A stretch of DNA of 35,944 nucleotides from Octopus bimaculoides (GCF_001194135.2 NC_068986.1:77820668-77856611), one strand, 5' to 3'; shown: positions 24,087 through 35,231, numbered from the stretch's first letter. The notes: generated from the letters alone by a model not told the origin. Translations and numbers: made by a program.

Positions 24087-24910
24087 AAATATCATAAAAT
24101 ATCAAATATCATTACCGAGTTAGAAAACGGAGATCTAATGGATACAAATTAATTAATTAATTAATCAACATATTCACCTACAACTGTTTCATTTCACAAA
24201 CAAAATTAAAATTACAAAACATATATAAAAATATAATTTTGCATTTTAAATAGCTTGCATGAAAAACCATCAGGGTGTACAAAGGACAATACAAGGATTA
24301 CATTAGGATACATTTGGAACACTCAGAATATATAGACATGTTTATTATGTATGTAGGTATATATGTATGTATATATGTGTGTGTGTGCATGCATGTGTTA
24401 AAATTATTGCTCTTATTTTTAATTCAATAACAATGATAACAATAATCATGAATAATGGATTATAGTATATAAGAGTTAAGTAATAAAATGAAAGTAAAAG
24501 TAAAATAAAATTTGTTACCCTTTTACTTCTTCATATATTACTTTACTCTTATATACTATAATCCCTTATTCATGATTATTGTTATTGAATTAAAAATAAA
24601 AGTAATAATTTTAATACATGCATGCACACACACATACACATATACATACACACATAATAAACATGTCTATATATTCTGAATATTCCAAACATATCCTAAT
24701 GTAATCCTTGTATTGTCCTTTGTACACCCTGATGGTTTTCCATACAAGGTATTTAAAATGCAAAATTATATATTTATATATGTTTTGTAATTTTAATTTA
24801 AATGAAACAATTGCAGGTGAATATGTTAATTAATTAATAAATTAATTTCTATCCATTAGATCTCCCTGTTTTCTAACTCGATAAGGATATTTGATATCTT
24901 ATGATATTTT
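24086..24910. repeat. Large imperfect inverted repeat (foldback), arms of about 415 and 391 bp, 19-bp centre
   Basis: Arm 24086-24500 is an approximate reverse complement of 24520-24910. For example gagttagaaaacggagatctaatggata pairs with tatccattagatctccctgttttctaactc, and ccatcagggtgtacaaaggacaatacaaggattacattaggata pairs with tatcctaatgtaatccttgtattgtcctttgtacaccctgatgg. Confidence 0.95.
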
Positions 24911-25008
24911 ATATAATATATTCATTGAAGAAATACCTATTCAAAATGTATTAGACTAGTGTAACTTGAATAAAATATCCCTATAAGAGATTTAAATATT
25001 CTCATTGT

Positions 25009-25051
<43 letters not shown>

Positions 25052-25171
25052 AAGGTTTGGAGGTGACGTACAGAAATTATATAGAAAAAAATTAATTAAG
25101 GTACTCAGAAACCTGGATGTTTGTACATTTACAGATTTTTATTAATGTCACATATTAAATGAAGTGCTTTT

Positions 25172-25236
25172 CACCTAGTCGTGTAGGTTTTTCAAATTGT
25201 TTTGAAAACAATTTGAAAAACCTACACGACTAGGTG
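25172..25236. repeat. Perfect palindrome, 32-bp arms, 1-nt spacer, abutting a gap
   Basis: The sequence is cacctagtcgtgtaggtttttcaaattgtttt-g-aaaacaatttgaaaaacctacacgactaggtg. Confidence 0.95.
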
Positions 25237-25578
25237 NNNNNNNNNNNNNNNNNNNNNNNNNNNNNNNNNNNNNNNNNNNNNNNNNNNNNNNNNNNNNNNN
25301 NNNNNNNNNNNNNNNNNNNNNNNNNNNNNNNNNNNNNNNNNNNNNNNNNNNNNNNNNNNNNNNNNNNNNNNNNNNNNNNNNNNNNNNNNNNNNNNNNNNN
25401 NNNNNNNNNNNNNNNNNNNNNNNNNNNNNNNNNNNNNNNNNNNNNNNNNNNNNNNNNNNNNNNNNNNNNNNNNNNNNNNNNNNNNNNNNNNNNNNNNNNN
25501 NNNNNNNNNNNNNNNNNNNNNNNNNNNNNNNNNNNNNNNNNNNNNNNNNNNNNNNNNNNNNNNNNNNNNNNNNNNNNN

Positions 25579-25613
<35 letters not shown>

Positions 25614-26168
25614 TACACTTATCAACATGTATGCACCATGCACACACTCTACTGGGACAGATACAGTGTAGATATGTAACATAACTACATGACAATAAAT
25701 GCATCCAATTATGGAAACTTGTCATTAATGAATGAGCTGATGTTTTGCTACAAATATTTCTAGGTCATCCTTGTGTACATTGTACTATATATAAACCTCA
25801 TTTAACAAAATTACTGTAAACCATAATTGAAGTCCTTGGAGCATTTTCTCAATTCTCTATGATGCCATTTGTTTTCTGACACCAAATGTGATCTATATTT
25901 GCCATTCTCTTGCATTACATCTCTGTCTGAAGGCTGAATATTTGCAGGGAAACCAAATGAGTCCTCTCCTATATTATTTTCTTTAGGCATTGTTTTCTGG
26001 ATATGACTGATTGAGTTTTTCTTAATGGTGTGTAAACAATGTGAGAAAACAGTCACTAATAAATATAGCTTAATAATAAGAAATGCAGAGGCGAGTTGAC
26101 TAGTTTACAAAAAATATATTTCTAAGCTACAGAGAAATAGAAGTCTAGAAGATATTTGGTGAAGCATA

Positions 26169-26559
26169 TCTTTTATCTTTTATCTTTTATCCTTTGCTTG
26201 TTTCAGTCATTAGACTGTGGCCATACTGGGGCACCACTTTGAAGAATTCATAGTCGAATGTATTGACCCCACTACTTTTTTTTGAAAGCTTGCTACTTAT
26301 TCCATTGATTTCTTTTACTGAACTGCTAATGTATGGGGACATAAATACACAAACACGCAGTGGAAGGGAGGAGGGCAAACACAGACACACAAACACACAC
26401 ACACACACATGATGGGCTTCTTTCAGTTTTCATCTACCAAATCCACTCACAAGGCTTTGGTTGGCCCAAAGCTATAGTAGAAGACACTTGCAGTGGGATT
26501 GAAACCAGAACTATGTGGTTGGGAAGCAAGTTTCTTACCACACAGCCATGCCTGCACCT
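26169..26559 (-). mobile_element. SINE family A, full length
   Basis: Reverse copy with (tcttttat)n tail, internal (CA)n and head cttaccacacagccatgcctgcacc. Confidence 0.9.
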
Positions 26560-26835
26560 ATATATTTTAAGAATATAAGATGACAGAATAAAACAAAACT
26601 TTCTCAAAACATAAAGTTTCATGTTGAGCCAATGAGGTTACTTTTATGTGTCTACATGATTTTCTAGAAATAGCAACTAAATCTTCTTCAAAACTTACTA
26701 TTATTGCATGGAAATACCATTGTCTATTGTAGTCCTTAATATACAAAAGATATGTTTGCTATGTTCTTTGATTGTAAATTTGTTTGATCAGAGCTGACTT
26801 CGAGCTGAAGGAGAAGATGGAGGAGGAGAAGGAGG

Positions 26836-27136
26836 AAGAAGTTAACAAAAATAATAACTAATGTCTTGAGAAATGAGCCCTGCAAGGTGGAATGGCTGCT
26901 GCAGCGAGTGTTGCCAGTCATTCTCCATGGCAACACCATTGTGGCCATTATGAGGCACGGCTGAGCACATTATTTGTTCGAGGGTGTGGGCCCATTTCCC
27001 CCTCCACTTTTATATTCTGTTGCTATAACCCTCTTTTTTCTTGTTTTTTCTTTTTCATCTTACCTTTTTTTCTGTTTTTTTTTGTATTTAAATGTTATAA
27101 TTTAAATTGTAATCTGCTGTGATTTGTAAAAATAAA
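26836..27136 (+). mobile_element. Possible CRE-like (RLE) non-LTR retrotransposon 3' end
   Basis: Bases 26836-26964 read KKLTKIITNVLRNEPCKVEWLLQRVLPVILHGNTIVAIMRHG*, resembling the CRE-type terminal motif GEPR...FLLQRLSVAIQRGNA. A T-rich tract and AATAAA at 27131 follow. Confidence 0.5.
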
Positions 27137-27407
27137 GCATTTTTAGTAATTATTTTACAAAGTGGATTTTGCTAAAGGCATCAAAGTTGCTAAGATGATG
27201 GATTAAGTCTACTGGCCAAGTATAACATGGTAAATTCTGAACTCAGAATGCAATGAGCCAGAAAAATAATGCAAAGCAGCAGATGTGATATTTTTACCAT
27301 TCTGTTAATCCACCATCCAAGATTAGTGCTATTTTATTGCCCCTCGAAAGGGTGAAAAGCAGAATTGATATGAACTCAGAGTATAAGAGAATTAGAAGAA
27401 ATATTAA

Positions 27408-27615
27408 TTTCAAATTTTGGCACAAGGCCAGCAAAACATGAGGGGATAAGTTAATTACATCAACCGCAGTGTTCAACTAGTACCTATTCTGTCGACTCCA
27501 AAAGAATGAAAGGCAAAGTCAACCTCAGCAGGATTTGAACTCAGAATGTAAAACCAGATGAAATGCTGCTAAATATTTTGCCTTGCATGCTAACGATTCT
27601 GCCAGCTCACTACCT
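27408..27615 (-). mobile_element. SINE family B, full length
   Basis: Contains tttcaaattttggcacaaggccagcaa..gaatgaaaggcaaagtcaacctc..tttgaactcagaa..gctaacgattctgccagctc. Confidence 0.85.
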
Positions 27616-27726
27616 GAGAAGTGGAAGAAATATTGTGAATCATTTTATCCAATGCTCCATCATCTCTGCCAAATGTAAAAAGCCAAGACAAATGCTAATC
27701 ATGGGCATGGAATTATACTAATTAAA

Positions 27727-28139
27727 AGTGGGTGGGTGATAAGAAGTTTGCCTCCCAACCACATGATTTCAGGTTCAGTCTCACTGTGTGGGACCTTGAG
27801 CAAAAGTCTTCTACTATAGACACAGGCTGACTAAAGCCTTGTGAGTAGATTTGGTAGGTGGAAACTGAAAGAAGCCCATAGTATACATGTGTGTGTGTGC
27901 ATGTATGTATGTATGTGTGTGCATGCATGTGTGCCTTTGTGTTTGTGCCTGTCTTTCCACTGCTTGACAACCACTTTATTTTCTTGTAACTTAATAGTTT
28001 GGCAAAAGAGACTGATAGAATGTGTACCAGTCTTTAAAAAATGAGTAACAGGGTTCATTTGTTTGACTATAACTTTTTAAAGTGGTACCAAAGCATGCCT
28101 GCAGTCAAATGTTTAAGACAAATAAAAGAGGATAAAAGA
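27727..28139 (+). mobile_element. SINE family A, full length
   Basis: Head aagaagtttgcctcccaaccacatgatttcaggttcagtc, internal (TG)/(TATG)n, 3' domain and taaaagag tail. Confidence 0.85.
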
Positions 28140-28419
28140 AAATATGTGGAAAACTAAACAACTAAATCTAAGTTTCATTATCATAGCCAATTATTTGGGT
28201 TAAGCATGAAAGAAATCAATATGTTGTAGGTAAATCCTGCCTTATTTCATTTGAACTTTAAACCTAGCACTCCATTAATGCTATAGAGTTAAAGGCTGAT
28301 AGGATTATAGATAAACATAAAATGTTGCTTGAATTTTAAGGCCAATGAGATTTAGAGAGATATTAATTGAACATGTTTTGTTGGCAACACTAAATGGCAT
28401 TCAACTTTCAGATAATAAA

Positions 28420-28626
28420 TTACACGCATGCACACACACACACGTTTATGCATATCATCATCAATAACATCCATTTTCTATGCGGGCATGGGTTATATAT
28501 ATGTATGCATGTATGTATGTATGTATGTATGTATGTATGTATGTGTGTATGTATATATACACACACACGCGCATCCATATATATACATACAAACACATGC
28601 AGATATAGATATGTGTGTGTGTATGT

Positions 28627-28680
<54 letters not shown>

Positions 28681-28735
28681 ATATATATGTANNNNNNNNN
28701 NNNNNNNNNNNNNNNNNNNNNNNNNNNNNNATATA
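28420..28735. repeat. Compound (CA)n/(TATG)n/(TG)n/(TA)n microsatellite, with a gap
   Basis: Directly visible. Confidence 0.9.
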
Positions 28736-29514
28736 TAATTGGCATTAGAATTTACCAAGATTGCATTCAATTTGGCAATTAATTTGGACCAGATCTCATT
28801 TAATATATGATTTGGCATACCTATCTATCTCACATTACCGACAGTGCATGTTTTTGGTTGTATTAATTGATTGTTATTTCCTATTCTTACTATTTTAGTC
28901 TTGAAGGGGTTAATCTGTGCATTTATGATTATAACAAATATTTCATGTATTTTCTTGCAATTAATTTTCTAAAACAAAGTATGGAAACACATACTCTCAC
29001 AGACACACAGTTACACACGTATCCTACATAGATTCACATACATAGACACTATCATAAGCTCATTGACATTTACACTTTTGTACAAACAAATATTCAAGGA
29101 AAATCAGCCAACACATGAAAAACTGATGAATATGATGTTTTTATGTTTTATGTGTGTAATTTTAATTGCCTCGATTTACAATGAGTTGTGTACTTAATTC
29201 TCCAAGCCTACTACTTAGCAATAGTTGCTTGTAAATTAAGAAACATTGCTCCTTAACTTAACTTTCTCAGAATTCTAATTAAATGTAAATAATTTGAAAT
29301 TATATTTATTGAGAGCAGCAGAAAGTGGATTCACCCAGGAGCAGCAGGTTGAAGCACAGGTTGCTTTGATGACATTTTATATCTAATGGATTATATTTGC
29401 ATTGGTGCCCCCTTATCATTTTATTCAGTCTTACTTTTCTTCTCACCTGGAATGTGTCCTTGTCTTTTTCATATGGAGCTTCATTCTGAATTACTACTTT
29501 CCTAGATGGGTCAT

Positions 29515-29836
29515 TGTGAAGGCATGTGGATTAGTGGTTAGGGTACTTGGCTCACGATTGTAAAATTGTGAGTTCAATTTCCAGTGACACATTGTGTCCT
29601 TCAGCAAGTTACTTTATTTCACATTGCTCCAGTCCACTCAACTGGCAAAAACGAGTAGTACCTGTATTTTAAAGGGCCAGCCTTGTTACACTCTGTGTCA
29701 CACTGAATCTCCTTGATAACTACATTAAAGGTACACATGTCTGTGGCATCCTCAGACACTTGCATGTTAATTTCACGAGCAAGCTATTCCACTGATCGGA
29801 TCATCTGGAACTCTCACCATCATAACCGACAGAGTG
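29515..29836 (+). mobile_element. tRNA-derived SINE family D (single copy here)
   Basis: Contains an A-box-like tggattagtgg and a B-box-like gagttcaattt, followed by tgtgtccttcagcaagttacttta..ttgctccagtccactcaactgg, which resembles a CORE-like central domain. Confidence 0.65.
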
Positions 29837-29958
29837 AGATGGGTTGTCTTCACAATAACTCATGTTTCTTCACAATGCTGTGAAGGCTGCTCATTGTGTG
29901 ATGATAGGAATGGAGAGAAAATCTATGTTAGGTTGGTGTATTTGTTTGGAGTGTTTAA

Positions 29959-30177
29959 CCCTTTAGCATTCAAACTGGGCACAATTAGCCTAAATATCCT
30001 ACCTGTCTAATGTTCAAACCAGCCAGATGCAACCTGTCACACCTACCCTACAATGTCCGTCTAAAAAGAAGCAATCACATCATGAAAATCTCAAAGCTAT
30101 GAGATAATGCATGATTAATTCAAAACAATGTGAATAAATAAGCATTACAGTTGATGAGTAATCTGAAGGATATAGGG
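29959..30177. mobile_element. TTAA-flanked MITE (piggyBac-like termini)
   Basis: Structure is TTAA (29955-58) CCCTTTAGCATTCA ... CTGAAGGATATAGGG TTAA (30178-81). A related partial copy lies at 273-358. Confidence 0.7.
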
Positions 30178-30638
30178 TTAAGTTTCTTGATATGCAGGGG
30201 AAGTAATTTGCTTTAGACATAGGGTAATTAGAATCAAAATAGATTGCACACTTATTATGATAGGGGAGCTTACATTTCATTGATAGATTAGGTTGCAAGT
30301 GATATTTATTATGTAAGGTGAAGCAGAAATGGTGAGAAATCTCACGCTTCTGATTAGATGTACTTGCCAAACAGAGTTTAATGAAACTTATCAGCAGACT
30401 GAAAGGAGAGATATAAGAGAAAGAAGAAAAGAGAAAGATATCTATGTCAAAGACAAAGGTCTGTAGGTAGGCAATAACCAGAAACCAATAAGTGCAGGAC
30501 TAATAAATATTATACAAATAAAGACAATAATTAATGGTTGTAAAACTAATGGTAGTACTTGTAATTGTTAGCGTAACACTTACCCAATTTCTGCATTACA
30601 AGAGTTAGATAGATAGGTAGAAAAAGAGGGAGAGAGAG

Positions 30639-30846
30639 AGGGGGAAGAAAGGGAGAGAGAGAAAGAGAGAAGACATAGTGGAGAGAGAGAGTGGGGGCAG
30701 ATATTGAGATGTAAGAAGAAAGAAGTAAAAATATAAAAATTAGGGGGAAGAAAGGGAGAGAGAGAACGAGAGAAGACATAGTGGAGAGAGAGAGAGTGGG
30801 AGTAGATATTGAGATGTAAGAAGAAAGAAGTAAAAATATAAAAATT
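30639..30846. repeat. Tandem duplication, two units of about 104 bp, purine-rich
   Basis: Unit 30639-30741 is nearly identical to 30742-30846 (agggggaagaaagggagaga...agacatagtggagagag...gatattgagatgtaagaagaaagaagtaaaaatataaaaatt). Confidence 0.9.
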
Positions 30847-32288
30847 ACAATAGGATCCACTTTAAACCTTAAAAAGAAGGATAAGAGAGAGAAAGAATGA
30901 GAGAGAAAGGAGTAAGATATGCATATCTACATGTGTTTATATGTGTATGTGTGCACTTGTGTGTGCTTGTGTGTGTGTGAGTGCAAGAGAGAAAGAGAAA
31001 GAAAGAGAGAGACTGTGTATATAGACGCATACATTCATGTGCAAGTGTGCGCACATGTGCACACACATACACATGCAAACACACACATGTACACATGCAA
31101 ATACATAAATGCAAAAGTGTAATTTTCTCTGTGAAAGAGATTCAGGGCAAGGATAAATGGTTAGGAATATATGCCAAAGAAGTGTGATAAACGCATTCAG
31201 ACCATGACAGAATAGTTTTGGAAGTTAAAGATATGATTTAATTATTTTATTTTTTTTTTTTTGTTACCATAAGCTGAAAAGAATTTACACTTTTATTGAT
31301 TAAACATATGATGATTAATTCTACTACTTAAATATTGGTCAGCTTTTTTAGCCACACCGTAATACACCTATAATGCAAATTTGATTGTTAATCAAGTTAT
31401 GTCTGACATACATGTCAAACTTTGAAGAATTAGTTAAACTGAGAAAATATATAATAGAATAATTTTTGCATGAGAAAACCTTTAAACAGACAATAGCCAT
31501 AATAGAATAAATTTTTAGAACATAAAGGATAAAATTGCATATGATATATTCAGAGTGGCACGCTATAGTTTTGGTGATCTCAAAACTGTTAGTAAATATC
31601 TAAATAAATGCCTAAATATTTGTCTATTTGTCCGTATGTAAGTTGTTGTATCAATACTGTTCGTAGAATAAAAAGATATGTTGGTAGCTTAGATGGTAGA
31701 AAAAAATAAAGTGTTATTGAAACAAATTAAGAATGAGAAAAATATTAATGTTCTACTATGAAACGACATAAGAGAGGAATTTTTATGATAATTAAATAAT
31801 AAAAATGACAAAGTTGAGTGGGTAGCATATGATCAAAATCTGGGTTTGCAACTATAAAACAATAATTCATTTTTCTATACTATAAGATATGAAATTCATT
31901 ATTATGGAGACAGAAGTGAAAAAAAAAAACAAAAAAAAAAACAAACAAAACATAAAAAACAAAGAAATGAAAACCAAACTCAGTTAATATGCTGTAATAT
32001 AAAAATAGGTATAAATATCAAAGAAATTCAATTCCATTCTTAATGACATGCATTCTAGCTACTTTAAAAACTGGTAAATTTTGTAAGATACCAATTTACG
32101 TGGGCAGGCAGCAGACGTTCTCAATTTTGTATGAATGATTGGGATTGTGTGAATGTTCAGAATGCTCATATCATTTCAAAGGAGTTTAAGAGTAATTGAA
32201 AGGGCTGAGATTGGGAATTTAAATTGGATTGCTGAAACAGAATGCTAAAAATCTTACTTCTATAATTGTCATAGCTTTATACAATATT

Positions 32289-32491
32289 GGTTTCAAATTG
32301 TGGCACAAGGCCAGCAATTTTGGGGGAGGTGATATTGGTTACATCAACCCCAGTGCTCAAATATTTTACTGGCCCTGAAAGCATGAAAGGCAAAGTTGAC
32401 ATGGGCTGAAACTGAACCCAGAATGTAATGACAGCTAAAATACCACTTAGCACTTTGCCCAGTATGCTAATGATTCTACCAGCTCTTCCCC
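32289..32491 (-). mobile_element. SINE family B, full length
   Basis: Contains ggtttcaaattgtggcacaaggccagcaattttggggg..gcatgaaaggcaaagttgac..tgctaatgattctaccagctc. Confidence 0.85.
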
Positions 32492-32635
32492 TTATAGTTT
32501 TATACAATATTAAAACAGGCGTTAAGGTTTTGAGAAAGTTGAATTTATGAAAGAAATTTACATATATTTTTTAATATCTACTATTATTTGTATTTACATT
32601 TCTTAACATAAGCCTTAGAGGAACAGAAATGGGAA

Positions 32636-32709
32636 TTTGTATTGTTCATTCTTTGATCACATTGACCACTGATCACATTTGTATTGTTCATTCTTTGATC
32701 ACATTGACC
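32636..32709. repeat. Direct repeat of 32 bp, period 42
   Basis: tttgtattgttcattctttgatcacattgacc occurs at 32636-32667 and again at 32678-32709. Confidence 0.9.
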
Positions 32710-33887
32710 CCTGTGTTTGACTGGTATTTTATTTTGTTGACTTTGTAAGAATGAAATACAAAATCTATCTCTGTTGGATTTGAATTCAGTCGCATTTTCA
32801 TTTGATGTTCTACTATATCTGTCTATCCATGTATTAGTAATGTAAATGAAGTGCTCACAAGTGTGAATCAGGAATTTTTTTGGAGTTGATTAGTAAAAGC
32901 CCTGTTATATCACTGTACTCTATACATATATATATGAATAAATATGAACAAGTGAGATATTGCAGATCTGTCAAATGGAGTGTTTTTCAAATTTGATTTA
33001 TATCTCTAAAAATGTTCAACTCTATTTTTTAATTAGGAAATTATAAAATCAAAACCAACAATACCAACAACTTCATTTGTCTATACAAAAACCAAATTTT
33101 GAGATAAATGAACAGACTTTTAACTGCTTCAACTTCAGTATATTATTAATAATTAGTAGGTGATTTCAATAGAAATTACCTGAATTTGAACTCAGAATCC
33201 TGTGGTATCAAATTTAGAATTCTATATCAGGTGTTTAAATCTCTACTGATTTTCTTCTTCACTACCGCTCTAACACCAAAAATAACAATGATAAAATCTC
33301 TATTTATATATAATTATAAACATAGAGACACATATACAGACATATATGTGTGCACTCACATATACATATATTTGTTAATAAAAAGATGTCTGGCATGTTA
33401 GTGACTATAAAGCGTGAGATGTCTACTTAGATTTCTGTCAGACAGATATGCTATTGAAAATCAGTTTTCTATGAAGAAAATGAAGAAGAAGAAGGAAATA
33501 AAAAGCAACCAACAAAAATACCCCAAAACTCAGACTTGTTGTTGCTGTTGAAGTTGTTTCATTTATATGTGGCACAGTATCAGTCTAAAAACACCTTGTT
33601 ATAGACAGTGAGTCTTGTACAAAGGGATATTTGTCTTCTAGCAAGAAGAAAACAAAGTTTAAAACACTTATTCCCACCGAAATGACCAGTTCAAGAATGA
33701 AGTATGCTCTAAGAAAACGAGCAATGAATAAGGCTTATGTCAGTTGCAGACTTATAGTACACAAGAAAACAGTCTTTCTCTCTGACATTATTTATATTTT
33801 CTCTGTAATGAAGAGAGAGATAAAAAAACCACCTTCTTTTCAAAAAAACAAATATAAAATCAGTTCTATGTGAAATTTTAATAGCCT

Positions 33888-34279
33888 GGCACACGCATGG
33901 CTGCATGGTTAAGAAGTTTACTTTGCAATCATGTGGCTTCAGGTTCAGTTCCATTGCACAGCAATGTCTTCTACTATTAGTACCAAGCTAACCAAATCCT
34001 TGAGAGTCGATTTTGTAGATGGAGACTGTGTGAGAGCTCATTGTATATGTATTGAGTGTTTGCACCTGTGTTTGTCCTTAAGCACTGCTTAGCAGCCAGT
34101 GTTAGTTTGTTTACTTCCCAGTAACTTAACAGTTCAGCAAAAAAGGCTGATAGAATAAATGCCATCATACTTGGTCATAATTTTAAAATACAAAAATTAG
34201 TGTTGATCTGTTTGACTAAAAATCCTTGAAGACATTGCTCCAGCATGGACACAGCCCAATGATTAAAACAAGTAAAAAC
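33888..34279 (+). mobile_element. SINE family A, full length, degraded
   Basis: Contains gcatggctgcatggttaagaagttt..ggttcagttcc..cttctactat..gatagaataa..gctccagcatgg..aaacaagtaaaa. Confidence 0.8.
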
Positions 34280-35206
34280 AATAATTAAAATATGGTTGGT
34301 ATGCATATTAGACGTGTTGCTCTACAGTTTTAATTTTGTATTCCATTGCAGGCCTTTCATGCTTTACAGACAAATATTTTCACTACTTGTTTGACTTTAC
34401 ATCACTGAATCTTTAAGTGAAACTAATTATAATTGACAGTCGATAGTTAAGTTGCTTATTAAGTTGAGAATATGTCAAGGTAGGAGAAAGAGAGAGAGAG
34501 AGAGGGAAAGAGAGAGAGAGAGGGAAAGAGAGAGAGGGAGAGAGAGAGATCAGAACACAGACTAACTCTGGCAGATCCTTGAAACCCATGTAAATATTTT
34601 ATTTAAAGTGGTTCACTGACATCATTTCCCCAGAATTTTTAGCTTGATGTTGTTGAGTATTAAAAATTAGCTAAGATACTGCAGATATGATTAAGCAAAT
34701 GTTTTCGAGCTTAGGTATATGATTGCCTTAGATCCAGATTACAAATTTGCTTTATGTCTCTATATGTATATTCAAAGAATTGTGTTAAGTGGGTATGGCA
34801 AGTTAATAGATAGATAGATTTTTGATTCTTGAGGAAGCAGTTAAATTATTACTTAGCAAGTAGGAGAGATTAGTAAGTTATGTAAACAAGCTAGTTGGTA
34901 AATTAGAACTAAGTTTGAAGGTGACAAAGTGTAAACGACTAAGAAAAGGTAGGGACATCAAAGTATACCAGAGATTTCAGCAATAGTAGCAGCTATTCTA
35001 GGCAACAGAAAAAAAAAATGTGAGTATATATATTTACATATATATATATACATATGTATATAAGTGTGTGTATATATACATATAGATACATATACACACA
35101 CATCTACATACATATATGTGTGGATGGATGTGTTGACACATGGATTCTGTAAGTTTGAGTTGTGAGTAAAGTAAGGCAAGGATAATGTAAACTACGTATA
35201 TACTAT

Positions 35207-35212
35207 CATGCA
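35207..35212 (-). promoter_or_regulatory. UGCAUG (Rbfox-type) motif about 20 nt downstream of the 12a-like donor
   Basis: Plus-strand catgca reads TGCATG on the gene strand, in non-microsatellite context. Function is inferred. Confidence 0.45.
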
Positions 35213-35231
35213 GTGGGTTGAGATACGATAC

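Noticed and set aside
21734-25725. Long ORFs of 145-316 aa containing X runs
   Set aside because: They stay open only because N gaps contain no stop codons.
25811-26056. 81-aa minus-strand ORF of normal-looking composition, and a similar 80-aa ORF at 33631-33873
   Set aside because: No recognisable domain, splice-site support or channel homology. A database search would be needed.
29447-29510. Minus-strand TTCCAG|GTGAGA ending in TFQ, like the turret exons
   Set aside because: The upstream frame (PSRKVVIQNEAPYEKDKDTFQ) lacks NFDSLLW and any S5 motif, so the match is judged coincidental.
30546-30860. 104-aa hydrophobic ORF with an internal repeat
   Set aside because: It is the product of the purine-rich tandem duplication.
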